A stretch of DNA of 64,000 nucleotides. Origin: a virus. The stretch lies in the IMG/VR virus record IMGVR_UViG_3300029448_007456, positions 50,779 to 114,778 of that record; one strand, 5' to 3'. Numbering within the stretch: position 1 is the stretch's first letter; each line of letters begins with the position of its first letter. The position numbers and the translations under genes were made by a program. The notes below the pieces were generated by a model. That model saw only the letters and a list, made by a program, of their open reading frames with translations. It searched no databases and was not told the DNA's origin. This document shows positions 10,254 through 19,215 of the stretch, in pieces.

Positions 10254-10712
10254 TTAAAAATTAAAGTCTCCTAGTGGAACAGACATTGTGGTTACATTGT
10301 TGTTGGGGTCTGTAATTGTTAGTGTTATTATTTCGGTTGATGTGTCCTTGACCCAATAAATTGTTGATCCTTCAACGTTTGCTGTGCCTGAAGTCGGACA
10401 TGTGCCTGTGCATGATGTTCCAAACATGTTGTCCACCAATTGTTTGGACAGGTTTGCATATATTCTTGATTCAACATTCTTAATAAATTTGTTTATGGTT
10501 GTGTTGTTTGCTAATCTTTCAGCCGCAGCTGCCGCAGATTTTCTTTCATCTTTGAGATCATTCTTTCTGCTATACTGCAATTGTTCAATTGATAACACAT
10601 GAGAAGAATATCCCTGCTTGCTGAAAGAAGGATTTCCAAATTCATGATGCAACTGATCAGCATGTGCAGAAGTCATAATAATAGCCAGTGTAATAACCAA
10701 GGTTTTTAACAT
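10254..10712 (-). CDS. csgF: curli assembly protein CsgF
   Basis: Start at MLKTLV, 5 nt after TAAATA; signal peptide then LHHEFGNPSF; ESRIYANLSKQLVDNMF; upstream of csgG. Confidence 0.8.
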   Translation of the reverse strand: MLKTLVITLAIIMTSAHADQLHHEFGNPSFSKQGYSSHVLSIEQLQYSRKNDLKDERKSAAAAAERLANNTTINKFIKNVESRIYANLSKQLVDNMFGTSCTGTCPTSGTANVEGSTIYWVKDTSTEIITLTITDPNNNVTTMSVPLGDFNF

Positions 10713-10717
10713 GCTTG

Positions 10718-10783
10718 TATTTAATGGTTTTTGAACCCAAATGATGTGCAGACACTTATGAACAGTTGTGCAAAAGTTAAATA
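10718..10783. promoter_or_regulatory. back-to-back T4-like late promoters
   Basis: TAAATA on minus (10723-10718, ATG 5 nt later) and plus (10778-10783, ATG 7 nt later). Confidence 0.65.
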
Positions 10784-10790
10784 CACACAT

Positions 10791-11069
10791 ATGGAGTTTT
10801 TAAAAATAGTAGGCGAAGTTGGATTTCCCATAGCAGGAGCCATCGCCGCAGGATATTTTGTGTTTCTCACAATCAAGTTCATACTGGCAGGAGTTACTGG
10901 CGGTGTAAATGGACTTAAAAATATCATCACAGCACTAGACAATCGAGTGCAAACCATGAACAACGACTTAGTGCAGATTGATGCTAAAATGAGTCATGTG
11001 TTAGGAGTAAAACCAAACGTAGAAAGAATAGCTGCCAATGAAGGCAAGGAGGATGCAAGACGTGATTAA
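10791..11069 (+). CDS. membrane/coiled-coil protein; paralog of 11396..11671
   Basis: GFPIAGAIAAGYFVF ... LDNRVQTMNNDL matches GFPIIAAMGLGYFVF ... LIDRIRMLDNDL. Confidence 0.7.
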   Translation: MEFLKIVGEVGFPIAGAIAAGYFVFLTIKFILAGVTGGVNGLKNIITALDNRVQTMNNDLVQIDAKMSHVLGVKPNVERIAANEGKEDARRD

Positions 11070-11259
11070 GAATTTGAAAGACCTAATAGTGGTAGCATTA
11101 GTGGTAGGCGTATTAACTTTGTTGGGCGTGATCATCATTGGTGACTATTACGTGGCACTACAAGAAAATAGACCAGTTGACGAGTCAGTGATCACACTGA
11201 TGAAAATGGCTCTCACAGGACTAATTGGCATCATAGCAGGCTACATAGGATCGAAATGA
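11062..11259 (+). CDS. small two-TM membrane protein
   Basis: Two hydrophobic helices; probable GTG start overlapping upstream stop. Confidence 0.55.
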   Translation: MIKNLKDLIVVALVVGVLTLLGVIIIGDYYVALQENRPVDESVITLMKMALTGLIGIIAGYIGSK

Positions 11260-11399
11260 AAATAGTGCATGTAAAAGAAGAACAGTTATACTGTGATGGT
11301 GAAGATCACGATCATCCTAGAGTGTATTACAACCTAGCCAAAAAAGGTGAGGCCATCTGTGGATACTGTAATATAAAGTATGTGTTGGATAAAAAATGA
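11256..11399 (+). CDS. zf-CHCC zinc-finger protein (47 aa, not in ORF track)
   Basis: MKIVHVKEEQLYCDGEDHDHPRVYYNLAKKGEAICGYCNIKYVLDKK: CDG..HPRVY..CGYC; ATGA overlaps at both ends. Confidence 0.85.
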   Translation: MKIVHVKEEQLYCDGEDHDHPRVYYNLAKKGEAICGYCNIKYVLDKK

Positions 11400-11671
11400 G
11401 TGGACCAATAGTAGAAGCAATCAATCAATATGGATTTCCAATCATTGCCGCAATGGGTCTTGGATACTTTGTGTTTTACATTTGGCAGTGGGTGACCACT
11501 GAGATAAAACCTGTGCTAGGTGCGGCCAACACCACATTAATTGCACTCATAGACAGAATTAGAATGTTGGACAATGATCTAATCAGACTCAACACCAAAC
11601 TTAAAATGATCGAAGAACTGCAAAACAAATCCAACAAAGAGATTGCTGACAAAGTAAAAAATAAAAAGTGA
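11396..11671 (+). CDS. membrane/coiled-coil protein
   Basis: Paralog of 10791..11069; coupled to cyclase start. Confidence 0.7.
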   Translation: MSGPIVEAINQYGFPIIAAMGLGYFVFYIWQWVTTEIKPVLGAANTTLIALIDRIRMLDNDLIRLNTKLKMIEELQNKSNKEIADKVKNKK

Positions 11672-13707
11672 CCAAACTTCTAACACATTGGCTAACTGTT
11701 TTGATAACCCTTGCTGTGTTAGTAGGGTTGAGATTTCAAGATGGTGGACTTACTGAAACTGCTAGACTAAAATCCTTTGACTATCTTCAGTCAACAGATG
11801 CTAAGGAGATGTCACAAGACATTGTCATTGTTGAATTTGACGAAAAGGCAATAGAAGGCTTTGGACAATGGCCATGGCCAAGGGATTATCTTGCTGATGT
11901 GATCAATCATTTGCGGAGTCAAGGTGCTGGGTTAATTGTGATGCCCATACTGTTTTCAGAAGAAGACAGAGCAGGCATGGACGATGTGCTTGCACAAACA
12001 CTGCAAGGCAATGGAGTCATCATTGCACAAACAGGAACCACACAAACAAATAAAAATGCAGTGCCAAGAGGCATTGCCAAAATAGGTGATCCAATACCAT
12101 ATCTTTTTCAATGGCCAGGCATGTTGGGTCCTATACCTAAATTAGGTCAATCAGCAGATGGTGTTGGTGTATTAAACATTGCTCCTGAAAGAGATGGAGT
12201 TGTAAGACGTATGCCACTCATCATGACAGTGTCAGGAGAAACATATCCTGCATTAGCCATTGAAACAATTCGTGTGGCCACACAGGCACCATCCTATCAA
12301 GTCAAAGCAGGCCCAACAGGAGTGCAGGCAGTGAGGGTGCCAGGTTATAATGTTATCACAACTGATGCCAATGCTAGAATTTGGTTACGTTGGAACAAAC
12401 AGTTTCCTTCTGTTAGTATCATGGAAGCCACACAAGAGCATGTGCAAGGCAAAATTGTTGTGATTGGACTCACAGCAGAAGGCATTGGATCCACCATTGC
12501 CGCACCCACAGGCACAGAATATGCCCACACACCAGTGGCTGTATCCTTGCAAACTATCATTAATGGTGACAACATTGTTAGATCCGATCTAGCAGACACA
12601 TACGAACTTGCATATCTGTTTGTGATTGGACTGTTATTGATCATTGCCGCAAGATTCTTTCACTATGGTGTGGTGGCAGGACTTATTGTATTAATTGGTG
12701 TGGGCACAGTGTATGGTTCTGTTCACATATATTCAACAAGACTGTTGCTGTTTGATTTTTCATGGCCTGTAATCACAACTGTGTTAGTAGGACTTCATGC
12801 TGTGTTCAATCGTTTTGTTTCTGAATACATGCAGAAGCAAGCCATAAAAAAACAGTTTGGTGGTTATGCATCGCCCACAGTGGTTAAGATGCTACAGGAA
12901 AATCCAGCACTTATCAAAGAAGGTGTTAAAAAAGAAGTGTCAATATGTTTTTCAGATCTACGTGGTTTTACACCACTTGGTGAATCGTTCGGCGATGATG
13001 TGAAAGGTTTGACTCAAGTGATGAATGGATACATGGACGCCATAACCAAACCAGTGCTTGATGCAGATGGCATGATTATCAAGTATATTGGAGATGCAAG
13101 TATGCACATCCACAACGCACCAATTGATGATGCTGATCATCCACGCACTGCTGTGCAAACTGGTTTGAATATGTTGAAAGCAGTTGAACAATTTAACAAC
13201 AAGATCACAGCAGAAGGTAGACCACCTGTTGGTATGGGTGCTGGTATTAACACAGGCCTTGGTTATATTGGTGAAATGGGATCAACTGAAAGACATTCAT
13301 ATGATGTGTTAGGCGATGCTGTGTCCACAACTGCAAGATTAGAATCACAGTGCAAGTCATATGGGGTGTTATTGATCATTGGGCCTGAAACTGTAGCAAG
13401 GACAAAAAACGATTTCTTCTATTTGAAACTAGACGATCTTGCTGTGAAAGGTAAAACAGTTGGACTAGATATCTACACGGTGTTGGACAAGTCATATACA
13501 CAAGCCAAAGCAACGCATGATGAAATGCATGAACTGTATGGCAAACAAAAATTCAAAGATGCTATTAGATTATGCAACAGACTCAAAGGAGAGTTTGATT
13601 CACAGATGGACAAATATTATGACATGTGGATTGAACGTTGCGAATACATGACCACACAAAAATTACCAAAAGATTGGAATGGAGTGTTTGTGGCCACAAC
13701 CAAGTAG
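11668..13707 (+). CDS. CHASE2-domain class III adenylate/guanylate cyclase
   Basis: GQWPWPRD and DGVVRRMPL (CHASE2), TM helices, FSDLRGFT, KYIGDA, GAGINTG, YDVLGDAVSTTARLE, VKGK. Confidence 0.92.
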   Translation: MTKLLTHWLTVLITLAVLVGLRFQDGGLTETARLKSFDYLQSTDAKEMSQDIVIVEFDEKAIEGFGQWPWPRDYLADVINHLRSQGAGLIVMPILFSEEDRAGMDDVLAQTLQGNGVIIAQTGTTQTNKNAVPRGIAKIGDPIPYLFQWPGMLGPIPKLGQSADGVGVLNIAPERDGVVRRMPLIMTVSGETYPALAIETIRVATQAPSYQVKAGPTGVQAVRVPGYNVITTDANARIWLRWNKQFPSVSIMEATQEHVQGKIVVIGLTAEGIGSTIAAPTGTEYAHTPVAVSLQTIINGDNIVRSDLADTYELAYLFVIGLLLIIAARFFHYGVVAGLIVLIGVGTVYGSVHIYSTRLLLFDFSWPVITTVLVGLHAVFNRFVSEYMQKQAIKKQFGGYASPTVVKMLQENPALIKEGVKKEVSICFSDLRGFTPLGESFGDDVKGLTQVMNGYMDAITKPVLDADGMIIKYIGDASMHIHNAPIDDADHPRTAVQTGLNMLKAVEQFNNKITAEGRPPVGMGAGINTGLGYIGEMGSTERHSYDVLGDAVSTTARLESQCKSYGVLLIIGPETVARTKNDFFYLKLDDLAVKGKTVGLDIYTVLDKSYTQAKATHDEMHELYGKQKFKDAIRLCNRLKGEFDSQMDKYYDMWIERCEYMTTQKLPKDWNGVFVATTK

Positions 13708-13711
13708 CCAT

Positions 13712-13742
13712 AAAAAAAGGGCGATGCCGAAACACCGCCCTT
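13712..13742 (-). terminator. intrinsic terminator between convergent genes
   Basis: Minus strand AAGGGCGGTG-TTTCGG-CATCGCCCTT followed by U run. Confidence 0.8.
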
Positions 13743-13756
13743 GAAAGCAAATTATA

Positions 13757-14074
13757 TTAAGCTACTGCTTGATTGATAATTGTTTTACCAGCAGATGCTA
13801 ATAATCCAATTGTTGCAGATCTTAATGACTTAGCACCTGCTAAATCACTCTTTGCTAATACTCTTACGTTGAAGTCATAACCTCTGTTAATGAGTTGTGT
13901 TGTAGGAGTTTTTCTTGTCATTGCAAGGTTCTTGTGTTTAATAACACCACCGTTGATGTTACCATTCTTGTCCATTGCAGTTTTAGCTTCGTCGATGAAA
14001 ACACCAACTTTTGAGTTTACGTTACCTTTTGTAAACTCTCTTGTGTATACCACGTATTGCTTAGTTCTTGCCAT
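13757..14074 (-). CDS. basic hypothetical protein
   Basis: Own TTGACT-N17-TATTAT promoter (14145-14117), AAAGGT RBS and terminator. Confidence 0.7.
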   Translation of the reverse strand: MARTKQYVVYTREFTKGNVNSKVGVFIDEAKTAMDKNGNINGGVIKHKNLAMTRKTPTTQLINRGYDFNVRVLAKSDLAGAKSLRSATIGLLASAGKTIINQAVA

Positions 14075-14151
14075 TTGTATTTGTTACCTTTCAAATGTAA
14101 GTTAATAGTTAATATTATAATACACTCAGACTGTGTATAAGTCAACCCCTG

Positions 14152-15291
14152 CTAGAATCCAAGCATATCAACAAGTTCTGGAAACACATCTTCAAACTTT
14201 TCATTTCTGTATGCATCTTGTTTTTTGGTAATCTTGCGGAATTTTGGCAACAGATGGCTGTTGTTGTCTGATAACCATCGGCTGACATTTCTCACATCTT
14301 GCCATTCACTCTTTTCTAGTTGTTGTTGCAGTTTCTGTCTGGGTGTGGTTGGTATTACACTACATTGGTAAAAGTCAGGATTGTGTAATCTACCTAACCA
14401 TGGTTTTGGTAATTTATTTGTGTGATAGTAGTCAAATATTTCTTCAAGATATCTGATGGTAAAGATAGACACCACACAGGCAATGCTCAATTGGAAATTG
14501 GGTGCGACCAGGGCGTTGTATCTTAACAAGTTTTCTTCAACCACTGACCAGTCAGCGCCTTTTCGATTGTACTCGAATCTCTTACCAATATCATCTATGC
14601 TGGGTTGTACATCAATGTGTTTAAATTTTTTCCATATTGATCTCACAGATTCACTTGGAAATGTTGTGGCATTCGTGGAATAATGTATTCTCACTTGATC
14701 AGCACCCGTGCTCACAAGTGATTCCAGAAACTGCATGTGGATGTCATTGTCCAACAAGAATGGCTCACCTCCGTGTATGTGTATTTCTAACATATCTTTA
14801 GAATGATTCACAAGATCTTTCCAAATCTCTGGATTATTTGCCCAATCACTCTTTGCAAATTCTTTCCCGTATAAATCTTTCCACTCTTTAATCCATTTGC
14901 TTGAATTTACAGGTGAACATATTCTGCACTTGAGATTACATAAATTTCCAATTGGTATAGACAGTAGGTTTAGTTTTTGTGAATCCAGATCATATCTTTC
15001 AAATTCTGCTTGCCATCTTTCATTGTGCAATTGTCTTTGACTTGGATAACCAGCATCTTCATCTTTCCAACACAACACACAACCTTTTGGTTTTTGTTTT
15101 AGTTGAAATTTCATCTGTAAATTTTTAATGTAATGGCTGTTCTGAAATCTTTCAATGGCATTTGGTTCTTTGATGTTGATGGCTTTAGCCAGGGGATCTA
15201 GTTCTGGACGATATTTGCAACAGGGTCGCAGATTGCCATCGTGGTTCACAAACAATCCGTTCCAGGGTTGATAGCAGAAAGAATCTTTCAT
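14152..15291 (-). CDS. radical SAM protein with SPASM/twitch-like N-domain
   Basis: CYQPW..GNLRPCC; GNLCNLKCRIC; GGEPF. Confidence 0.85.
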   Translation of the reverse strand: MKDSFCYQPWNGLFVNHDGNLRPCCKYRPELDPLAKAINIKEPNAIERFQNSHYIKNLQMKFQLKQKPKGCVLCWKDEDAGYPSQRQLHNERWQAEFERYDLDSQKLNLLSIPIGNLCNLKCRICSPVNSSKWIKEWKDLYGKEFAKSDWANNPEIWKDLVNHSKDMLEIHIHGGEPFLLDNDIHMQFLESLVSTGADQVRIHYSTNATTFPSESVRSIWKKFKHIDVQPSIDDIGKRFEYNRKGADWSVVEENLLRYNALVAPNFQLSIACVVSIFTIRYLEEIFDYYHTNKLPKPWLGRLHNPDFYQCSVIPTTPRQKLQQQLEKSEWQDVRNVSRWLSDNNSHLLPKFRKITKKQDAYRNEKFEDVFPELVDMLGF

Positions 15292-15304
15292 ACTATAATT
15301 TATT

Positions 15305-15610
15305 TTAACTGGCTTCTACTTTGACTTCTAGTGGGTAACCATGCTGAACAGCATCAACTTTGACTTCTGTGGCTTTTTGTTCTGCAATTTCAAATGAGTA
15401 CAATGCTACCACACCTTTGCCATCATTGTGAATGGTGGTGGTCATCTTATTGGCTTGTTCTTGATTGTATTGAAAGTGTTTGATCAAAGTATTGACTACA
15501 AAATCCATAGGAGTTTTTTCATCATTTATATAAATTACAGCCCATTTGCTAGGCTCTTTTAGTGTTACTTTTACTTTCTCTTCTACTTGTATATCGCTTT
15601 GTGTCATCAT
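15305..15610 (-). CDS. clpS: N-end rule adaptor ClpS
   Basis: PSKWAVIYINDEKTPMDFVV, IHNDGKGVV, EIAEQK, YPL. Confidence 0.92.
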   Translation of the reverse strand: MMTQSDIQVEEKVKVTLKEPSKWAVIYINDEKTPMDFVVNTLIKHFQYNQEQANKMTTTIHNDGKGVVALYSFEIAEQKATEVKVDAVQHGYPLEVKVEAS

Positions 15611-15650
15611 TGTATTTAAATTATAAACTCTTTCAATTGTATGTCAATAT

Positions 15651-15675
15651 AAAAGGGGGTGTTGCCACCCCCTCT
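15651..15675 (-). terminator. intrinsic terminator after hsp20
   Basis: Minus strand AGGGGGTG-GCAA-CACCCCCT followed by TTT. Confidence 0.8.
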
Positions 15676-15679
15676 ATCA

Positions 15680-16135
15680 TTATTTGATGTTGATCAGTCT
15701 GGCTTTCTTCTCTTCTGGAATAATTCTTTCCAATTCAACAGATAGTAGGCCATCCTTTAATTCAGCACCTTTGACCACTGTGTCATCAGCAATGGTAAAT
15801 GTTCTTTCAAAGTGTCGCTTGGCGATCCCTCTGTGAATTACACTGCCATCGTCTGTCTCAACTTCCTGGTCTGTTTTATCTTTAGAGCGGATTAAAAGTG
15901 AGTTTTCTTTTACTTCAACTTCAATGTCGTCCTTAGCAAATCCAGCCAGTGCCAATTGTATTTGATATTGATGATCATTCTTTTTAATGATATCATATGC
16001 TGGGAATGAAGATGTTACAGCAGATGTTAAATTAAAGTCATCTGTGAAAAATCTGTCCCATTGATCAAATGCATTGTCAAAGCCAATTGAGTATGGTCTT
16101 AGTTTGTTAAAAAGTGATAGAGATGTTCTTGTCAT
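15680..16135 (-). CDS. small heat-shock protein Hsp20 (IbpA-like)
   Basis: FPAYDI, ALAGF, HRGIAKRHFERTF, AELKDGLL, IPEEKKARLINI; start at MTRTS behind AAGGAGG. Confidence 0.95.
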   Translation of the reverse strand: MTRTSLSLFNKLRPYSIGFDNAFDQWDRFFTDDFNLTSAVTSSFPAYDIIKKNDHQYQIQLALAGFAKDDIEVEVKENSLLIRSKDKTDQEVETDDGSVIHRGIAKRHFERTFTIADDTVVKGAELKDGLLSVELERIIPEEKKARLINIK

Positions 16136-16204
16136 TGTATGTTCCTCCTTATAAAGCAAGTTCTCTTAATGTAGAACCCTAAGCATTCTACAACTATATT
16201 TATA
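16136..16204 (-). promoter_or_regulatory. ROSE-like RNA thermometer leader with TATAAATA late promoter
   Basis: CTTGCTT-TAT-AAGGAG hairpin (UUGCU with bulged G opposite SD), upstream hairpin GTAGAA..TTCTAC, TATAAATA at 16204-16197. Confidence 0.65.
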
Positions 16205-16227
16205 ATATAGTGTGTGTTTGAAAAATG

Positions 16228-16902
16228 TCAACCAACTATTTGAAGAATTTTTTGTGTCAATGTCTGGTGGCATTCATGACTAGGATGTAATTGGTCAGGC
16301 ATCAAGTGTTGTTGGTGTTTGGTAATTTCCATTCTTTTTTCACGTTGTGTAATTGCATCTATGACAAAGTGTTTGTCACTGTCTGTGAGTGATTCAGTGT
16401 TGAGCATTTCTAATGAAGCTGTGTCTATGCCAGATAGTTCACCCACAGGTCCTAATATGTCACTGAGCCAACTGCCAGTGCAAATTTGTATGTTGGAAAT
16501 ATGATCAAACGGATATAAATTTGCGTGCCCGCCTATCAGTAAGACATCGCATTTTTGTTGTTGTGTGATTTTTTTTAAATTGGTCAACCAACGTATAAAC
16601 AACAGTCTGTGTAGTTCATACAGTGATTCACCTTCACGCACCAAATATTTCATATTTTGTCCACGTAGACTGTCAGTGGCAAACACAACTAATATTTGAT
16701 CTTTTATTTTGTTTACAACTATTTGATGCAGAATGTCATCAGGTGATGCTCCACCTTCAGCAAAATTTTGCACTGAGTGATTTGCACGGCTAAGATAGTG
16801 TTGTGTGCCAGTGTGAGCAACATACAATGATTTGAGATTGCCTTGTTTTCTGTAACGCCATTCTCCACAACCAAAACTATCTCCAACTATGGAAATGTTC
16901 AA
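16228..16902 (-). CDS. SGNH/GDSL-like hydrolase or acyltransferase
   Basis: IVGDSFG at N-terminus and DQLHPS (DxxHP) at C-terminus. Confidence 0.6.
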   Translation of the reverse strand: MNISIVGDSFGCGEWRYRKQGNLKSLYVAHTGTQHYLSRANHSVQNFAEGGASPDDILHQIVVNKIKDQILVVFATDSLRGQNMKYLVREGESLYELHRLLFIRWLTNLKKITQQQKCDVLLIGGHANLYPFDHISNIQICTGSWLSDILGPVGELSGIDTASLEMLNTESLTDSDKHFVIDAITQREKRMEITKHQQHLMPDQLHPSHECHQTLTQKILQIVG

Positions 16903-17151
16903 TTAGAGTAATCCGTCTCGTTCCATATCTTTTCTCTTGTTTTTAAGAGCCTGTCGCTTGAGACGTTTAGCTGTTTCTCTTTTGACTATTGATGGTTTGA
17001 CATAGTATCTACGTTCTTTTACTTCTTCTAGTATGCGAGCATTGGCTAATTTCTTTTTCATTTTGCGCCATGCTTTCATTACATCATCACCTTTGGCATC
17101 AACAGATATATTCATCTGTTTGAATTCAGATCTTGGTTTGAATGGTTTCAT
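16903..17151 (-). CDS. rpsU: 30S ribosomal protein bS21
   Basis: DVMKAWRKMKKK..ILEEVKERRYYVKPS; start overlaps clpX stop. Confidence 0.88.
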   Translation of the reverse strand: MKPFKPRSEFKQMNISVDAKGDDVMKAWRKMKKKLANARILEEVKERRYYVKPSIVKRETAKRLKRQALKNKRKDMERDGLL

Positions 17152-18332
17152 TATTTAAAATTATACTTGGGCAATGCACATTTGTCAACTGTGTCTTTGG
17201 TAATTTTGATTCCTAGTAATCCTTTGTTTTTCAATTGTTTGATATCATATATAGTTTGTTTGAGAGATCTATCAAAATAGTTTTTGATGCCTCTTGCTCC
17301 TATATCCGAGTTGTAACAATTATTTGCAATAAGTTTACTGGCAGTTTTGTCTATGTCAAGTAATATGTCTTCTGTTTCAAATACTCTTTGGTATTGTAAG
17401 AATGGCGATATTTTAGAATCATATATGATGCTCAACAACTCGTCAGCAGTTAGTTTTTGCAATTCGATGATGTTGCCTATTCTACCTACAAACTCTGGAA
17501 TAAGTCCATACTTGATCAAATGGTCAGTTGTTATAGTCTTTTGTGGAATAGATGAATTGCCTTGATGTATAAATCCAACACCAGCATCATGTGATCTAAT
17601 GGTGTCAATGCCAACAAATGCGCCTGAACAAATGAACAGTATGTTGGATGTATCAACTTCAATGGATTCACCTTGTGGATGTTTTCTATTACGTTTCATT
17701 TGCACTTTTAACTTGGTTCCTTCAATTATTTTCAAAAGTGCTTGTTGCACGCCTTCTCCTGACACATCTCTTGTGATTGAAACATTTTCAGACTTTCGGG
17801 CAACCTTATCAATCTCATCTAAAAACACAATGCCACGTTGTGCTCTTTCAATATCTCCATCCGCTGACTCAACTAGGCTTGCAATAACAGTTTCAACATC
17901 ATCACCAACGTAACCTGATTCAGTGAGTGTGGTTGCATCTGCGATGTAGAAAGGCACATCTAAATATTTTGCCACTGTTTTAGCAATTAATGTTTTGCCT
18001 GAACCAGTAGGGCCTATCAAACAAACATTTGATTTTTCAAGTATGTCTGGATTGGCCAACCTTTTGTAATGTAGATATACACTCACAGCAATCTGCTGTT
18101 TTGCATCTTCTTGGCCTACAACATTTACATTCAAGTATTCAGTGATTGTGTGAGGATCAATGTCTGTAACATCGTATTCTTTTTTCCCTGCATTGTCATG
18201 TAGTATATTGCCACATTTTTCAACACATTCGTCGCATATTGAAGATTGATCAGATGCAATTAGTTTGTTTACTTCTGATTTGTCTTTTCCACAAAAAGAA
18301 CATTTTTCTGTATAAGTTTTTTTACTTGGCAT
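17151..18332 (-). CDS. clpX: ATP-dependent Clp protease ATPase ClpX
   Basis: CSFCGK..ICDEC zinc finger, [39 protein letters not shown]. Confidence 0.97.
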   Translation of the reverse strand: MPSKKTYTEKCSFCGKDKSEVNKLIASDQSSICDECVEKCGNILHDNAGKKEYDVTDIDPHTITEYLNVNVVGQEDAKQQIAVSVYLHYKRLANPDILEKSNVCLIGPTGSGKTLIAKTVAKYLDVPFYIADATTLTESGYVGDDVETVIASLVESADGDIERAQRGIVFLDEIDKVARKSENVSITRDVSGEGVQQALLKIIEGTKLKVQMKRNRKHPQGESIEVDTSNILFICSGAFVGIDTIRSHDAGVGFIHQGNSSIPQKTITTDHLIKYGLIPEFVGRIGNIIELQKLTADELLSIIYDSKISPFLQYQRVFETEDILLDIDKTASKLIANNCYNSDIGARGIKNYFDRSLKQTIYDIKQLKNKGLLGIKITKDTVDKCALPKYNFK

Positions 18333-18561
18333 TCTGAATTATGTATTCAATTGACGATTGTGAACAATCAAATATTATTTTACTTTGTTTACTTACTTTT
18401 TGCAACCATTTATCTGTTGAATCTTGTTCGATAAGATAAAATGCAATTGTATTTTCACACTGTGTTAAAATTTTTTTGATGTGTGCATTTGTATAATTTT
18501 TTAAGCCGTAGGTTGCACCTTGAATTGTATCAGGTTGTGAGACAAAAATTATTTTATTCAT
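18322..18561 (-). CDS. hypothetical protein
   Basis: Overlaps both neighbours in the operon. Confidence 0.55.
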   Translation of the reverse strand: MNKIIFVSQPDTIQGATYGLKNYTNAHIKKILTQCENTIAFYLIEQDSTDKWLQKVSKQSKIIFDCSQSSIEYIIQNAK

Positions 18562-19003
18562 TGATCAATTTTTGAACAATTTCAGCTTCGGCATGAGTTA
18601 ATGTTTGCAAGTCTAGTTTGCCTGCTCTGACTTCTTCAACTAGTCTTTGATATCTTTGTTCTATTTTTTGCTCAGCAGTTAAGTCATCAATTGATTTTTT
18701 TGATATATTTTTTGGCCTACCCCAATAATCAATGTTTGGTGATTTAAGTTGGGCAATTTGGGATTCAAGATCTGATATCTTATTTTCGTAAAACGCTTTT
18801 TGTTCAGGTGTAAGTTCTTTCACCACTTCCACTTCAACAATTTTGGGCACCTCAACAAACTCAGTCACAGGCACTTCTACTATCTGTTCAACTGTTTTTG
18901 GACGTTGTTCCAGTCGTTCTAGTGCGTCTGCCAACTGTTCAAGTGTGTGTTGGTACTTCTTCCAAAGTGCATCAATGCCTATTTTATTCTTCTGATTCTG
19001 CAT
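18554..19003 (-). CDS. hypothetical coiled-coil protein
   Basis: VEV-rich repeats; N-terminus resembles 18984..19214. Confidence 0.6.
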   Translation of the reverse strand: MQNQKNKIGIDALWKKYQHTLEQLADALERLEQRPKTVEQIVEVPVTEFVEVPKIVEVEVVKELTPEQKAFYENKISDLESQIAQLKSPNIDYWGRPKNISKKSIDDLTAEQKIEQRYQRLVEEVRAGKLDLQTLTHAEAEIVQKLINE

Positions 19004-19214
19004 TGGCAGCTACTTTTTGTTCTACCTTACGTTCTAGTTCTGCAATAGCATCTGGAGTAGCAAGATCAATATCTGCTTCTACTTCTACTATCTTTTCAAC
19101 TTCGACTTCTTTTGGTTTTTCAGCAAGTTGATCTAATGCATCATCTAACAGTTGTAATGTCTTTTGATATTTTGCATACAGTTCATCTATTTGCTTTTGT
19201 TTGTCATCAGCCAT
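18984..19214 (-). CDS. hypothetical acidic protein
   Basis: AAGGAG RBS; paralogous to N-terminus of 18554..19003. Confidence 0.6.
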   Translation of the reverse strand: MADDKQKQIDELYAKYQKTLQLLDDALDQLAEKPKEVEVEKIVEVEADIDLATPDAIAELERKVEQKVAANAESEE

Positions 19215-19215
19215 T

